A stretch of 64,000 nucleotides of DNA from Anaerohalosphaeraceae bacterium (lineage in GTDB: Bacteria > Planctomycetota > Phycisphaerae > Sedimentisphaerales > Anaerohalosphaeraceae), in assembly GCA_963675525.2 (NCBI GenBank), contig CAXXSL010000016.1:32001-96000 (forward strand). Reading direction: 5' to 3'. The notes under the pieces are model-generated. The model saw only the letters and a list, made by a program, of their open reading frames with translations. It did no database searches and was not told the DNA's origin. This document shows positions 30,701-39,005 of the stretch, one piece after another (within the stretch, counting starts at the first letter, position 1; each line of letters opens with the position of its first letter). The position numbers were made by a program, and so were the translations under genes.

Positions 30701-32049
30701 GTCATTTCAGGAATCATGCTCAGGTCAGAACTGGATAAAGTTGTGTTATGAACCTCTATCGCGAAAACATTTTCGCCCGGCACCAGAACGGTCTTAAAGG
30801 CCGTAATATCAATGTCCTCCGGTGTGCCGGCATCATGTGAGGTCGCCGGGGTATTTTGATTCTGACCGACTGCAACTCCGCGTCTGGCTACTTCTGTGCC
30901 GTTGATGAAGGCAACAAACCCGTCGTCATAGTCAACCGTAAATGTCATATTAGATACGTCCTCGGGGACATCGACCGATATATTCTTACGCATATACACG
31001 GTCCAATAGTTGTTTTGCATATCGGTGAGAACCGTCGCGTCATCCCCGTCGCCATATCCGATACCCGTCGGCCCGGTTAGCCAGCCGGAGTCATTAAATC
31101 CTATCGTATTCCAAGTTGACCCCGGAAAGGTGGTGCCTTTGAAATATTTCCATATATCACCCTCGGCAAAGAGAGTGTTGAGGCTATTGGCGGTAAAGCT
31201 CTGAGTAGACGCTGACCACGCACTGCCGCCGCTGTTGACGGCATAACAGGTGTAGTAGTAGGTCGTTCCCTGAATCAGACCGGTAACGTTGGCAGAAAAA
31301 TCTCCCAGGCCTTGCGTTCCTAAATTGATCACATGCTCCCAGTTGGTGGAAACTGTTCCTCCATCGGTATCTCCCCAGTAGATATAGACGTCTGGATTCG
31401 TGCCGCCGCCGGTGCTTGTGATTTGACCATTCAGTGTGGCGGCCTCGGACGTTATATTCGTTGCGGCCGTGGCAATGACCCCCAGTCCGGCCGGAGTAAA
31501 GGTAAGTGAAATGTTGTTATATCCTCCCTGACTGACCGGACCGATCGACCACGATGAAGGACCTTTTGTGATATTAAACAAAGTTTTATTCCTTGGGCTC
31601 CCGCTGTCAGAGTTGGTACACAAAAAATGGATCTGATAGTCTCCGTCCGGAACAACCGAACCATCTTTCTTGCGCCAATTCCAGTTGAGGTTGTATGTTT
31701 TGTAGACGGTCTGTGTTGCTCCGGTTCTGGCTGCGATATCGGCGGTACGGTTTGTCGTGGGATTGCTGTTATACCACTCTGTAAGCGCATAGGCCCTTGA
31801 ATTAGCCCACACGGCCCGCTTGGTGTCGGTTGTCGTAGAACCTGAAGTGTAAACAAAGTTGCCGCTGGTGTCTTTGATCCAGACAACGTGGACATGGCTA
31901 TTCCCGTAGGAACCGCCGGCGTTTGTTGTGGTAAAAACCATATTCAGATTGGCATCGGCAGCTTGAGCCATTTCGGCAAAGACGCCGAAAACAGTCCCAA
32001 AAGTAATTAAAGCCATCAATACATACTTGTCCGATATAATAGACCTCAT
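27787..32049 (-). CDS. Large secreted multidomain protein: DUF2271-like N-domain, FN3/Ig-like domains, LamG domain, LVIVD repeats, dockerin-like C-terminus
   Basis: Signal peptide; VVWIKDTSGNFV...RTGAT...WNWRKKDGSVVPDGDY; AHWKLDE...WHHVAV...LYVDG...GLIDDVRIY (LamG); AYVADGSAGLEILDVSNP (LVIVD); GDIINNSQVDLDDLVVLADQWL. Confidence 0.82.
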   Translation of the reverse strand: MRSIISDKYVLMALITFGTVFGVFAEMAQAADANLNMVFTTTNAGGSYGNSHVHVVWIKDTSGNFVYTSGSTTTDTKRAVWANSRAYALTEWYNSNPTTNRTADIAARTGATQTVYKTYNLNWNWRKKDGSVVPDGDYQIHFLCTNSDSGSPRNKTLFNITKGPSSWSIGPVSQGGYNNISLTFTPAGLGVIATAATNITSEAATLNGQITSTGGGTNPDVYIYWGDTDGGTVSTNWEHVINLGTQGLGDFSANVTGLIQGTTYYYTCYAVNSGGSAWSASTQSFTANSLNTLFAEGDIWKYFKGTTFPGSTWNTIGFNDSGWLTGPTGIGYGDGDDATVLTDMQNNYWTVYMRKNISVDVPEDVSNMTFTVDYDDGFVAFINGTEVARRGVAVGQNQNTPATSHDAGTPEDIDITAFKTVLVPGENVFAIEVHNTTLSSSDLSMIPEMTISGGISEPAGRISISPAMLDFENVTIGSNSDLVFDITNTGNDVLEVTSIQAVGLETDVYSVTSASVPPFTVQPAGIESITVRFSPRSVQEYKYAQLAIGSNDSEKVAYLALQGTGGPNTTLGTRPVGGIGGPAKALAKYDDKILLGRGAMLVLLDVSNPASPSNINQIRLEGVIEAITVQGDVAYAALGNKGFTVVNLNDFKPLLGATTIETGGFASDIDSDGSTLCIADGIAGTHIYNISTPLEPVLAVTYETTGIVNSVKTSGGLLYILDESEGIRIFELGSTPVLEEAVAHWKLDEMAGSIASDSSLNGHNGTLMHMDDSDWVSGNMGNALAFDGTDDYVQVSGYKGIIGTASRTCMAWIKTASVSGEILTWGEEYNGGRWVIRVNEGGQLRAEVQGGNIIGTTVINNDTWHHVAVVIIDDGSPDIAEAQLYVDGQLETVSSFADEPINSGSAEDVKIGAYLAAGGPRYFQGLIDDVRIYTEALTSDKIGALLSQMDYDGIEFGTRILDSGQTIYTLDSFGNLSILDASGSITLDSETILQVGSARDIEVQNGYAYVIGQTGLEVLDVSASASPASSGLYSTLADPADIVVDGTVAYVADGSAGLEILDVSNPAAVSSLGSYSLISAAGGVASDSLGEVYVVGNQQNLADYNLSAPAAPAVNDTFESLFHAEDIEIEGQYAFVAAGLSGLNVFDLSNSAGSPAAFATSRFATAVSVNGSTAMVCDSNDVYVLDVSSPMSPSLIGSLGVGADGWASDVAVGSTHGYVAEGGMGISILDLSTAQYVGSYPVAGLAYGVAIDGEVLYVACGTAGLTILDVSNPASPSLIEEYDMPGMIVDVAIVGDRLCVADATYGVSVLDVSTPAARVLYAKAATSSPAFHISSVGSRILVADKKGGLAVLGVTNWPKIAIGDIINNSQVDLDDLVVLADQWLSVESNLDVLEANLNYYDTTVNLGDFSVLSEFWLSQY

Positions 32050-32085
32050 AAAATACCCCTTATTCTTTACCACACAAAAGATAAG

Positions 32086-32598
32086 TCATATAGCAACATT
32101 AACGTTAATTCCCGCATGGTATCCAATCTTGCGAGACAGCATATCCGTTATCATTTCCCTGACAATTTGAACAACACTCGGCACCGCCGTCTGAACCGCC
32201 CCGGAAAGTTCCATACCGTAGTCGATAATATCAGGTTCGACTCCGAGAATGGTCACTTCCGGCCTGCTATGCTCGGGAATCAATTGCATAAGGCCAACAA
32301 TACCCAACTCATGCAGTGAAGCGGGTTTATTGAATTGTGCCTGATCGATGTCGAAACGGTAAACCGCTCCCGGTTCATCGCCTGCCCGGACCGCATCAAC
32401 TGCAATCACACAAGCGGCCTGTTCCAGTAGATGCTGGGCATGTAAAATTGATGTACCCACCTCAGCAAAAATAACACCTTTAATCGGAGGTTCTTTTTGA
32501 AGTATCCGAACAACATGCACTCCCACACCGTCATCGGTGAGCAGTTCATTGCCTAAACCTAATATCAGCATCTTGATTTGTTTTATTCCCTGGGTCAT
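32086..32598 (-). CDS. Hydrogenase maturation protease
   Basis: LILGLGNELLTDDGVGVHVV, VDAV, SLHE, GVEP; ATG overlaps the large-subunit stop (TAATG). Confidence 0.93.
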   Translation of the reverse strand: MTQGIKQIKMLILGLGNELLTDDGVGVHVVRILQKEPPIKGVIFAEVGTSILHAQHLLEQAACVIAVDAVRAGDEPGAVYRFDIDQAQFNKPASLHELGIVGLMQLIPEHSRPEVTILGVEPDIIDYGMELSGAVQTAVPSVVQIVREMITDMLSRKIGYHAGINVNVAI

Positions 32599-34028
32599 TA
32601 ACAAACGCCCATTCTGAATATTTTCGCATCTTTTCCCGGCTGAATAATATGCGTTGCACAGTCAAGGCACGGGTCAAAGGAGTGAATAATCCGCATCACT
32701 TCGATCGGTTGATTAGGATTTTCAACGGGAGTTCCCAACAGTGATTGCTCGATCGGGCCGGGCACCCCCGCATCGTCACGTGGTGCGCAGTTCCAGGTCG
32801 TCGGCGAGATCACCTGATAGCGAGACAGTTTGCCCGCTGTGATTTCCATCCAGTGTCCGAGGGCGCCACGAGGCGCTTCTGTCAATCCATAGGCCGTTGC
32901 ACTTTGCGGCAGGGTGGGTTCATTATAAACCGCTCCGGCCGGATTCAAATTATTGACCCATGTCCGCATGGCTTCGGCCACCTTGAGGGCTTCATAAGCC
33001 CTCGCCAGATGCCGGTCCATAGTTGATACACCGTTTTGGTAATCCCCATTAACCCACATGCGAGCAAGGGGGCCTACCTCATAAGGCAAATCATTGTATC
33101 GGGGTGATTTGAGCCATGAATACGCACCGTCTTTCGGATTCTGAGGAACCGTCGTTCCTGAAGCGGGATTCGATGCAGGCCCGTCTTCAAACCAGGAATG
33201 GGTAACATGTTCAGCGATTTGATTGACGTCCAGCGACTGAACATTCCGTGAACCATTCTCAACATGGCCCTGAGCAAGCAATTTGCTGCTGCCTGCGGTG
33301 TCCAGATCAAATACCCCAAACGCCAGCAGATTCCCATAGCCCCGTCCTAAAGTGAAATAATCAGGATATTTTGCTGCCAGCAATTGAACATCAGGGATGT
33401 AAACATCTCGAACGAAAGGAATCAGTTCATCCAGAAAGTCATTAAACAGGTCTATCCGTTCCTGACGTGGGGTACAGGTGAAGCCGCCGGCAATATAAGC
33501 CGGCGGATGCGGCACTTTGCCGCCAAAGATCGCTGTCATTTGGTCGGCCTTTCGACGCATCGTAAGGGCCTGCACATAGTGGCCCATCAGCAGATCATTG
33601 TCAGCTTTTGAAAAACGCCGGTCAACTTCCCAGTCGGCCTGCCACGGCGGCATTGCCGGACCTTCAATAAAATCCGGTACCGAAAGCAGGAAGAAATGCA
33701 AAATATGAGATTCGACAAAATTTGAACCATTTACAAGATTCCGCATGATCAATGCATTCTCGGGAATCGTTACACCAAATGCAGCATCGAGATTCTTTAC
33801 AGCCGCCATACCATGCGCCACCGGACACACACCGCAAATCCGTTCGGTGATATGCTGGGCATCGCGAGGGTCTCGCCCAATGAGCAGTTTCTCAAAACCA
33901 CGGAACAACCCGCCTGTTGCCTTGGCACCAACCACCTGACGAACACCATTGACGGTATCGATTTCAATGGTAATATTCAGATGTCCCTCAATACGTGTAA
34001 CGGGATCAAAAGCCGCTGTAATTTTCAT
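32598..34028 (-). CDS. [NiFe]-hydrogenase large subunit (group 1-like)
   Basis: DPVTRIEGH, RGFE, L1 ERICGVCPVAH, EAPRGALGHW, L2 SFDPCLDCATH plus cleavable C-terminal tail. Confidence 0.96.
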   Translation of the reverse strand: MKITAAFDPVTRIEGHLNITIEIDTVNGVRQVVGAKATGGLFRGFEKLLIGRDPRDAQHITERICGVCPVAHGMAAVKNLDAAFGVTIPENALIMRNLVNGSNFVESHILHFFLLSVPDFIEGPAMPPWQADWEVDRRFSKADNDLLMGHYVQALTMRRKADQMTAIFGGKVPHPPAYIAGGFTCTPRQERIDLFNDFLDELIPFVRDVYIPDVQLLAAKYPDYFTLGRGYGNLLAFGVFDLDTAGSSKLLAQGHVENGSRNVQSLDVNQIAEHVTHSWFEDGPASNPASGTTVPQNPKDGAYSWLKSPRYNDLPYEVGPLARMWVNGDYQNGVSTMDRHLARAYEALKVAEAMRTWVNNLNPAGAVYNEPTLPQSATAYGLTEAPRGALGHWMEITAGKLSRYQVISPTTWNCAPRDDAGVPGPIEQSLLGTPVENPNQPIEVMRIIHSFDPCLDCATHIIQPGKDAKIFRMGVC

Positions 34029-34089
34029 ATAACTTCTCCTTGTCAGCTAAATCCATTGACTCAAATAAGAGAGTTTTATTTTTTGTGTA

Positions 34090-35067
34090 TTATGCATAGA
34101 AATCATTGCCCGGAAAATCTTCTTCGACACAGCCGATGCACATACCGTTGCAATCCACACACCAGTTGACCGGCCCGTTCTCTCCGGCATGCCATTTTCG
34201 GCTTGGACAATTTGAATAGGTACTCGGTCCGCGACAGCCCAGGTTCTCAAGACATTTTCCGTCTTGGCCAAATGTTGTGGCATGGCTGTTTCCGCCACCG
34301 AGATTAACATTTCGCGGACAATTTTCGTGAATATTCATTCCGTGAACATTGATCGTTCTGTTTCCATAAAGTGCCTGCGGTCGCCTGAACGCATCCAGTG
34401 CCGGAACATTGCCTAAAATCAGTTGAACCACCGCCCAGGCAATCCATTCCGGATGCGCTGGACAGCCGGGAATGTTAATAATGAGTTTACTGGGATCGAT
34501 TGAACTAACAAAATCCGGACAACTGACGACACCCGAAGGATTGCGTTCGTTCAGATCCGGGCCGGACATCGGAATACCGCCAAAACTGGCGCAGGTGCCA
34601 ACGCAAACCACCGCGGCCGCACCACCGGTTAAATTCGTAATCGTCTGCTGATAGGTTAATTCCTCGCCGCCATCGGTTGCAATGATGCACGCTCGCCCAT
34701 CGAAAGCAGTTGGCACACCGCCCTCAAGCACCAGCACATAGCCGCCCTTGCGTTTGGCTTGGTTGGCCATGGTCACAGCAGTCTGTGCGGCCGAAGCCAT
34801 CACAACAGTATGGTATGCCAGATTCACATGGGTAATCAGGACATCTGCCAATGTCAGGGTCGCCCCAGGTAATGCAAAATCTTCGCTGAATAAATTCAGG
34901 AAAGAAATCGAATCTCCCTGGCAACCGCTGCCGTGCAGCCAGATCAATGTCGGAACGCTACTACTGGCAAGAGCGGCTTCCAGTCGCTGAAGATCTGAAA
35001 ACCCCAACCCCAATGCTGCGGCACTGGCTGTGCAATATTTCAAAAAACTACGACGTGATACCTTCAT
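34090..35067 (-). CDS. [NiFe]-hydrogenase small subunit with Tat signal
   Basis: SRRSFLK twin-arginine motif; GCQGDS, VGTCASFGG, IPGCPAHP, HENC, CLENLGCRGP, WCVDCNGMCIGC. Confidence 0.95.
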   Translation of the reverse strand: MKVSRRSFLKYCTASAAALGLGFSDLQRLEAALASSSVPTLIWLHGSGCQGDSISFLNLFSEDFALPGATLTLADVLITHVNLAYHTVVMASAAQTAVTMANQAKRKGGYVLVLEGGVPTAFDGRACIIATDGGEELTYQQTITNLTGGAAAVVCVGTCASFGGIPMSGPDLNERNPSGVVSCPDFVSSIDPSKLIINIPGCPAHPEWIAWAVVQLILGNVPALDAFRRPQALYGNRTINVHGMNIHENCPRNVNLGGGNSHATTFGQDGKCLENLGCRGPSTYSNCPSRKWHAGENGPVNWCVDCNGMCIGCVEEDFPGNDFYA

Positions 35068-35671
35068 CTTATTACCCTCTCTGTTTGATCCAGTGAAGAA
35101 AGAACATTCTGTATTTTACACAACCGGTCTCACAAAAATACTAAATAGAAAAAACACAGCGATGACGTAAGTCAGTATCAACCTAAAGAACAAAAAATGC
35201 TTGATTGATTCAAACCCCCAAATAATAATCATATCGACTCAGCATAAAAAACCATAAATACGCTATGGTATATATGGATACAGGTGTAACCCTATCCATA
35301 CACTATGAGTTGTATCAAAACAAACCCCCAACAGCAATACATATTTTCAAAGATTTCACATTTTGAAAAAAAATTCTTTATCAGCAAAAACGGCTCACAT
35401 TGGTGCCATTATAAAGTCACGATGTAAAACATCGGGAATATTTATGCAGCATCTCCATGTATATTGGTTGTTTATATTGAGTAGCGATCTGTGTATCAAA
35501 GTATTTAATAACCATTTGCCCTTCATATCGTATAATAATCATAAGCTGATATAAGTTGGTGGGTTGTGATTGACGCCTCTATAAGTCCATTTCCGATTTA
35601 TAAACCATTCCTACAGCTAATTGAGTATTATCGAACATATTATCAACCTTTTTTAATACGAGGGCAGTACA

Positions 35672-36064
35672 ATGGCAACTCAAAAAAGAAAAACTCGTTC
35701 TGACAAATTTCCGCTAACACGGCATCCAACCGGGCAATACTGCAAAAAGATTCATGGAAAAATGTATTACTTTGGTTCAGATAAAAAGGAAGCACTTCAA
35801 AGCTATTTGGATCAAGCAGCCTATTTGCATGGAAGCAATAATGATTCTCAAAAACCAGTCAATGATTCAATGACATTAAAGCAACTATGTGATATGTTTT
35901 CCAAGGTCAAAGCCAATGCCATCACGGCCCAGCATTATAATGATCAGGTTGCGGTCCAGCGACTTTTAGGACATGCAAACTTGCTAATGGCCACAAGATA
36001 TGTGCAGGATGTTTCCAAGCAAACAGATGAGGTGATTGAGAAAAGCAGAAGGTATGTTGTTTAA
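35672..36064 (+). pseudogene. Internally deleted copy of the 14221 integrase (130-aa open frame)
   Basis: N-terminal part nearly identical to the 14221 protein, fused at HYNDQ to VAVQRLLGHANLLMATRYVQDVSKQTD. Confidence 0.88.
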
Positions 36065-36221
36065 TATTCTTTTGTTTGTCTTTATTTTTCATAACCATAG
36101 ACTCTGATTGTGGTTAGAATAAATGTTTATGGTTAACACAGGCATAATCAAGGGCCATTCAAAATTGGAGCGGAAAGGGATTTACTTTTTTTGGGGATAT
36201 TGGGCAAGTTTGAATTGGAAT

Positions 36222-36248
36222 CTAACCGAATCCTAACATATACTTAAC
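36222..36248 (+). promoter_or_regulatory. Putative Pho box (3 x (C/T)TAAC at 11-bp period) upstream of phoB
   Basis: CTAAC 36222, CTAAC 36233, TTAAC 36244. Confidence 0.7.
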
Positions 36249-36309
36249 ATTCCATGAGCACAATAGGGTCGTTTCTGTAACCAAACTGAAGCAGAATGAG
36301 GACTCAATA

Positions 36310-37005
36310 ATGTCACAGGCGAAAATATTGATTGTTGAAGACGAAGAAGACGTTCTGGAACTGGTTCGCTATAACCTCGAAAAGAACGGGTATCAGACGG
36401 AAAGTGCGCTCAATGGGCGAAAAGCCTTGGAGAAGATTCGCTCAACGTCACTGGATTTAATTCTGCTGGATCTGATGCTTCCGGAAGTTGACGGTCTGGA
36501 GGTGTGCCGGAACGTCAAAAAAGACGCCAAAACAGCGGATATCCCGGTCATTATGCTCACCGCCAAAGGAACCGAAGCGGATATCGTCGCCGGGCTCGAA
36601 ATGGGAGCCGATGACTATATCACCAAGCCGTTCAGCCCGCGTGTCTTGATGGCCCGTGTCAAAGCTGTGTTGCGAAGAAAGGAAACACAGCCGGATACGG
36701 ACAAAAGAACCATCCGCATTCATGAGATCGAGATCGATCCCGGCAGGCACAAAGTGACGATTGAGGGCAGGCCGGTGCAATTGACGACTACCGAGTTCTC
36801 ACTGTTAAAATTTTTGGCGTCCCGTCCGGGCTGGGTCTTTACACGGTATCAAATTGTTGACGCCGTCCACGGAAGTGACTATCCTGTGACCGATCGTTCG
36901 GTCGATGTGCAGGTGGTTGGCTTGCGAAAGAAAATGGGCGCCGCCGGCAAATATATCGAAACCGTTCGGGGCGTCGGGTACCGTTTTCAGGAAATAAACA
37001 ATTAG
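36310..37005 (+). CDS. phoB: OmpR/PhoB-family response regulator
   Basis: ILIVEDE, LLDLMLP, GADDYITKPFS, RSVDV, IETVRGVGYRF; sits in the pst locus. Confidence 0.88.
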   Translation: MSQAKILIVEDEEDVLELVRYNLEKNGYQTESALNGRKALEKIRSTSLDLILLDLMLPEVDGLEVCRNVKKDAKTADIPVIMLTAKGTEADIVAGLEMGADDYITKPFSPRVLMARVKAVLRRKETQPDTDKRTIRIHEIEIDPGRHKVTIEGRPVQLTTTEFSLLKFLASRPGWVFTRYQIVDAVHGSDYPVTDRSVDVQVVGLRKKMGAAGKYIETVRGVGYRFQEINN

Positions 37006-37041
37006 TCTCGCCACTGAATCGGAATAAATAAGGCGGTTATT

Positions 37042-38811
37042 ATGAAGAGACGTTTACTCTGGCAGATATTTCCGGCATTTTGGGTCATCGCGGTCTTGGG
37101 ACTGTTTTTGATCTTTTGGAATCTCTCCGGATTGATGAAAACTTTTTACTACCAGGAAAAACGTGTCCAGCTCGAAAAGCTTGGCAATCTCAGCGTTTCA
37201 TCGTTTCCGCCGCTGGTCGAAAATGCACAATACGATCAAATTCAGGCCCTCTGCAGGCAAATGGGCCGGACGGCTCAAACCCGCTTTACGATGATCGACC
37301 CGCAGGGCAAGGTGTTGGGGGATTCGCAGGAACAACCGGAAAAAATGGTAAACCACTTTGATCGCCCGGAGTTTCAAACAGCATTAACCGGCAAGGTTGG
37401 AAGCGACATCCGTTCCAGCGAAACACTCCAACAGGAAATGATGTATGTGGCGATTCCGATTCAAAAAGGTGATACGGTTGTTGCGGTGCTGCGCACATCG
37501 GTCGCAATGCCCCAATTGCAGGCAACACTTCATTCCGTACTCATGGAGGTCCTGCGCTACGGTCTCATTATAGCGCTTGTGCTGGCCATATTAAGTCTTG
37601 GACTTAGCTGGAAGATCAGCCGGCCTCTTGAATTATTACGGCTCGGTGCTGAACGGTTTGCCCGCGGCGATCTGAATCATCGGCTGGCTGTGCCGCAATC
37701 GCGAGAAATTGCCGGATTGGCCGAATCAATGAATAAGATGGCGGCACAGCTGGATGAACGGATTCGGACAATTGTCGCCCAAAAAAATGAGCAGCAGGCC
37801 GTTTTGTCCAGTATGATCGAAGGGGTTATTGCTGTCAGTACTGATGGAAAGGTAATGAGCCTGAATAGTGCGGCGGCAGCAATGCTCCAGGAGACCGTTG
37901 AAAACGCCGAAGGCAGAACCATCGAAGAGGTGATCCGTAACACAGAATTGCAGCACTTTGTTCAGCAGTCACTGGACAGCGAAAATCCGGTCGAAGCACA
38001 GATCATGCTGCACGAAAAACAACAGACAGAGCAATATCTGCAATCGCATGGAACGGTGCTTACAGACGACCAGGGCAGAAAGATCGGTGCGTTAATCGTG
38101 ATGAATGATGTCACCCGCATTCGCCGTCTTGAAAAAGTTCGCCGCGATTTTGTCGCCAATGTGTCCCACGAACTCAAAACACCGGTAACCTCCATCAAAG
38201 GTTTTATCGAAACCCTGCTGGATGGCGCGATCAACAAGCCCGAAGATGCACAGCGTTTTCTCGAGATCATTGCCCGCCAGACCGAGCGGTTGAATTCGAT
38301 TATTGACGATTTACTCACTCTTTCACGCATCGAACAGCAAGGCGGCTCACAGATGTTGATGGAAACAGTTCCATTGAGGCCGATTTTGAAAGCGGCCGTC
38401 GATTTGTGTGAGATCAAGGCCGGCGGAAAAAACATGTCCATTCATATTGAATGTGACGAGGCTGTCACCGTTCTGGCCAATGCATCCCTGCTGGAGCAGG
38501 CCATTGTCAACCTCGTCGACAACGCGATCAAATACAGCGAACAGGCCGGCGATGTTCGTCTTGACGTCGTACGCTGCGCCGATGAGACACAGATCCGTGT
38601 GTATGATCACGGCTGCGGAATCGCCAAAGAGCACCTGCCTCGATTGTTTGAACGGTTTTATCGAGTGGACAAAGCACGAAGCCGTAAACTGGGCGGTACG
38701 GGGTTGGGGCTTGCAATCGTCAACCATATCGCTCAGACCCATAAAGGTCGTGTTTGTGTGGAAAGCGTTGTCGGCAAAGGCAGTACATTTACCTTCTGCC
38801 TGCCGGCTTAA
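37042..38811 (+). CDS. phoR: Phosphate regulon sensor histidine kinase (HAMP-PAS-HisKA-HATPase)
   Basis: NHFDRPE, RRDFVANVSHELKTP, NLVDNAIKYS, FERFYRVDKARSR, GGTGLGLAIV. Confidence 0.9.
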   Translation: MKRRLLWQIFPAFWVIAVLGLFLIFWNLSGLMKTFYYQEKRVQLEKLGNLSVSSFPPLVENAQYDQIQALCRQMGRTAQTRFTMIDPQGKVLGDSQEQPEKMVNHFDRPEFQTALTGKVGSDIRSSETLQQEMMYVAIPIQKGDTVVAVLRTSVAMPQLQATLHSVLMEVLRYGLIIALVLAILSLGLSWKISRPLELLRLGAERFARGDLNHRLAVPQSREIAGLAESMNKMAAQLDERIRTIVAQKNEQQAVLSSMIEGVIAVSTDGKVMSLNSAAAAMLQETVENAEGRTIEEVIRNTELQHFVQQSLDSENPVEAQIMLHEKQQTEQYLQSHGTVLTDDQGRKIGALIVMNDVTRIRRLEKVRRDFVANVSHELKTPVTSIKGFIETLLDGAINKPEDAQRFLEIIARQTERLNSIIDDLLTLSRIEQQGGSQMLMETVPLRPILKAAVDLCEIKAGGKNMSIHIECDEAVTVLANASLLEQAIVNLVDNAIKYSEQAGDVRLDVVRCADETQIRVYDHGCGIAKEHLPRLFERFYRVDKARSRKLGGTGLGLAIVNHIAQTHKGRVCVESVVGKGSTFTFCLPA

Positions 38812-38874
38812 ATTAACCGGCCGAAACTTTATTTCCTTTTTTTACATCCTCATAACTTCTTACAAGCCTTCTGA

Positions 38875-38912
38875 TTAGCATCAATCTAACAAAACTCTAA
38901 TTGTTTGCTAAC
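38875..38912 (+). promoter_or_regulatory. Putative Pho box upstream of the porin gene
   Basis: TTAGC 38875, CTAAC 38886, CTAAT 38897, CTAAC 38908 (11-bp period). Confidence 0.7.
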
Positions 38913-39005
38913 ACATCAGGGTTATTTATTTCAGCACGACGATGGACAATGCTCAAAAACGGTTTTGGGCACGGTGGTAACTTTTTTCTTATGGAGGTAT
39001 TTGAA

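Noticed and set aside
32598..32700. Possible selenocysteine (NiFeSe) hydrogenase
   Set aside because: The L2 motif is encoded as DPCLDC with Cys codons; no in-frame TGA
36166..36183. TGGAGCGGAAAGGGATTT, whose reverse complement resembles a tRNA 3' end, just after the mini-integrase
   Set aside because: Too short, lacks the TTCGA loop and does not match either tRNA in the window; cannot be supported as an att site
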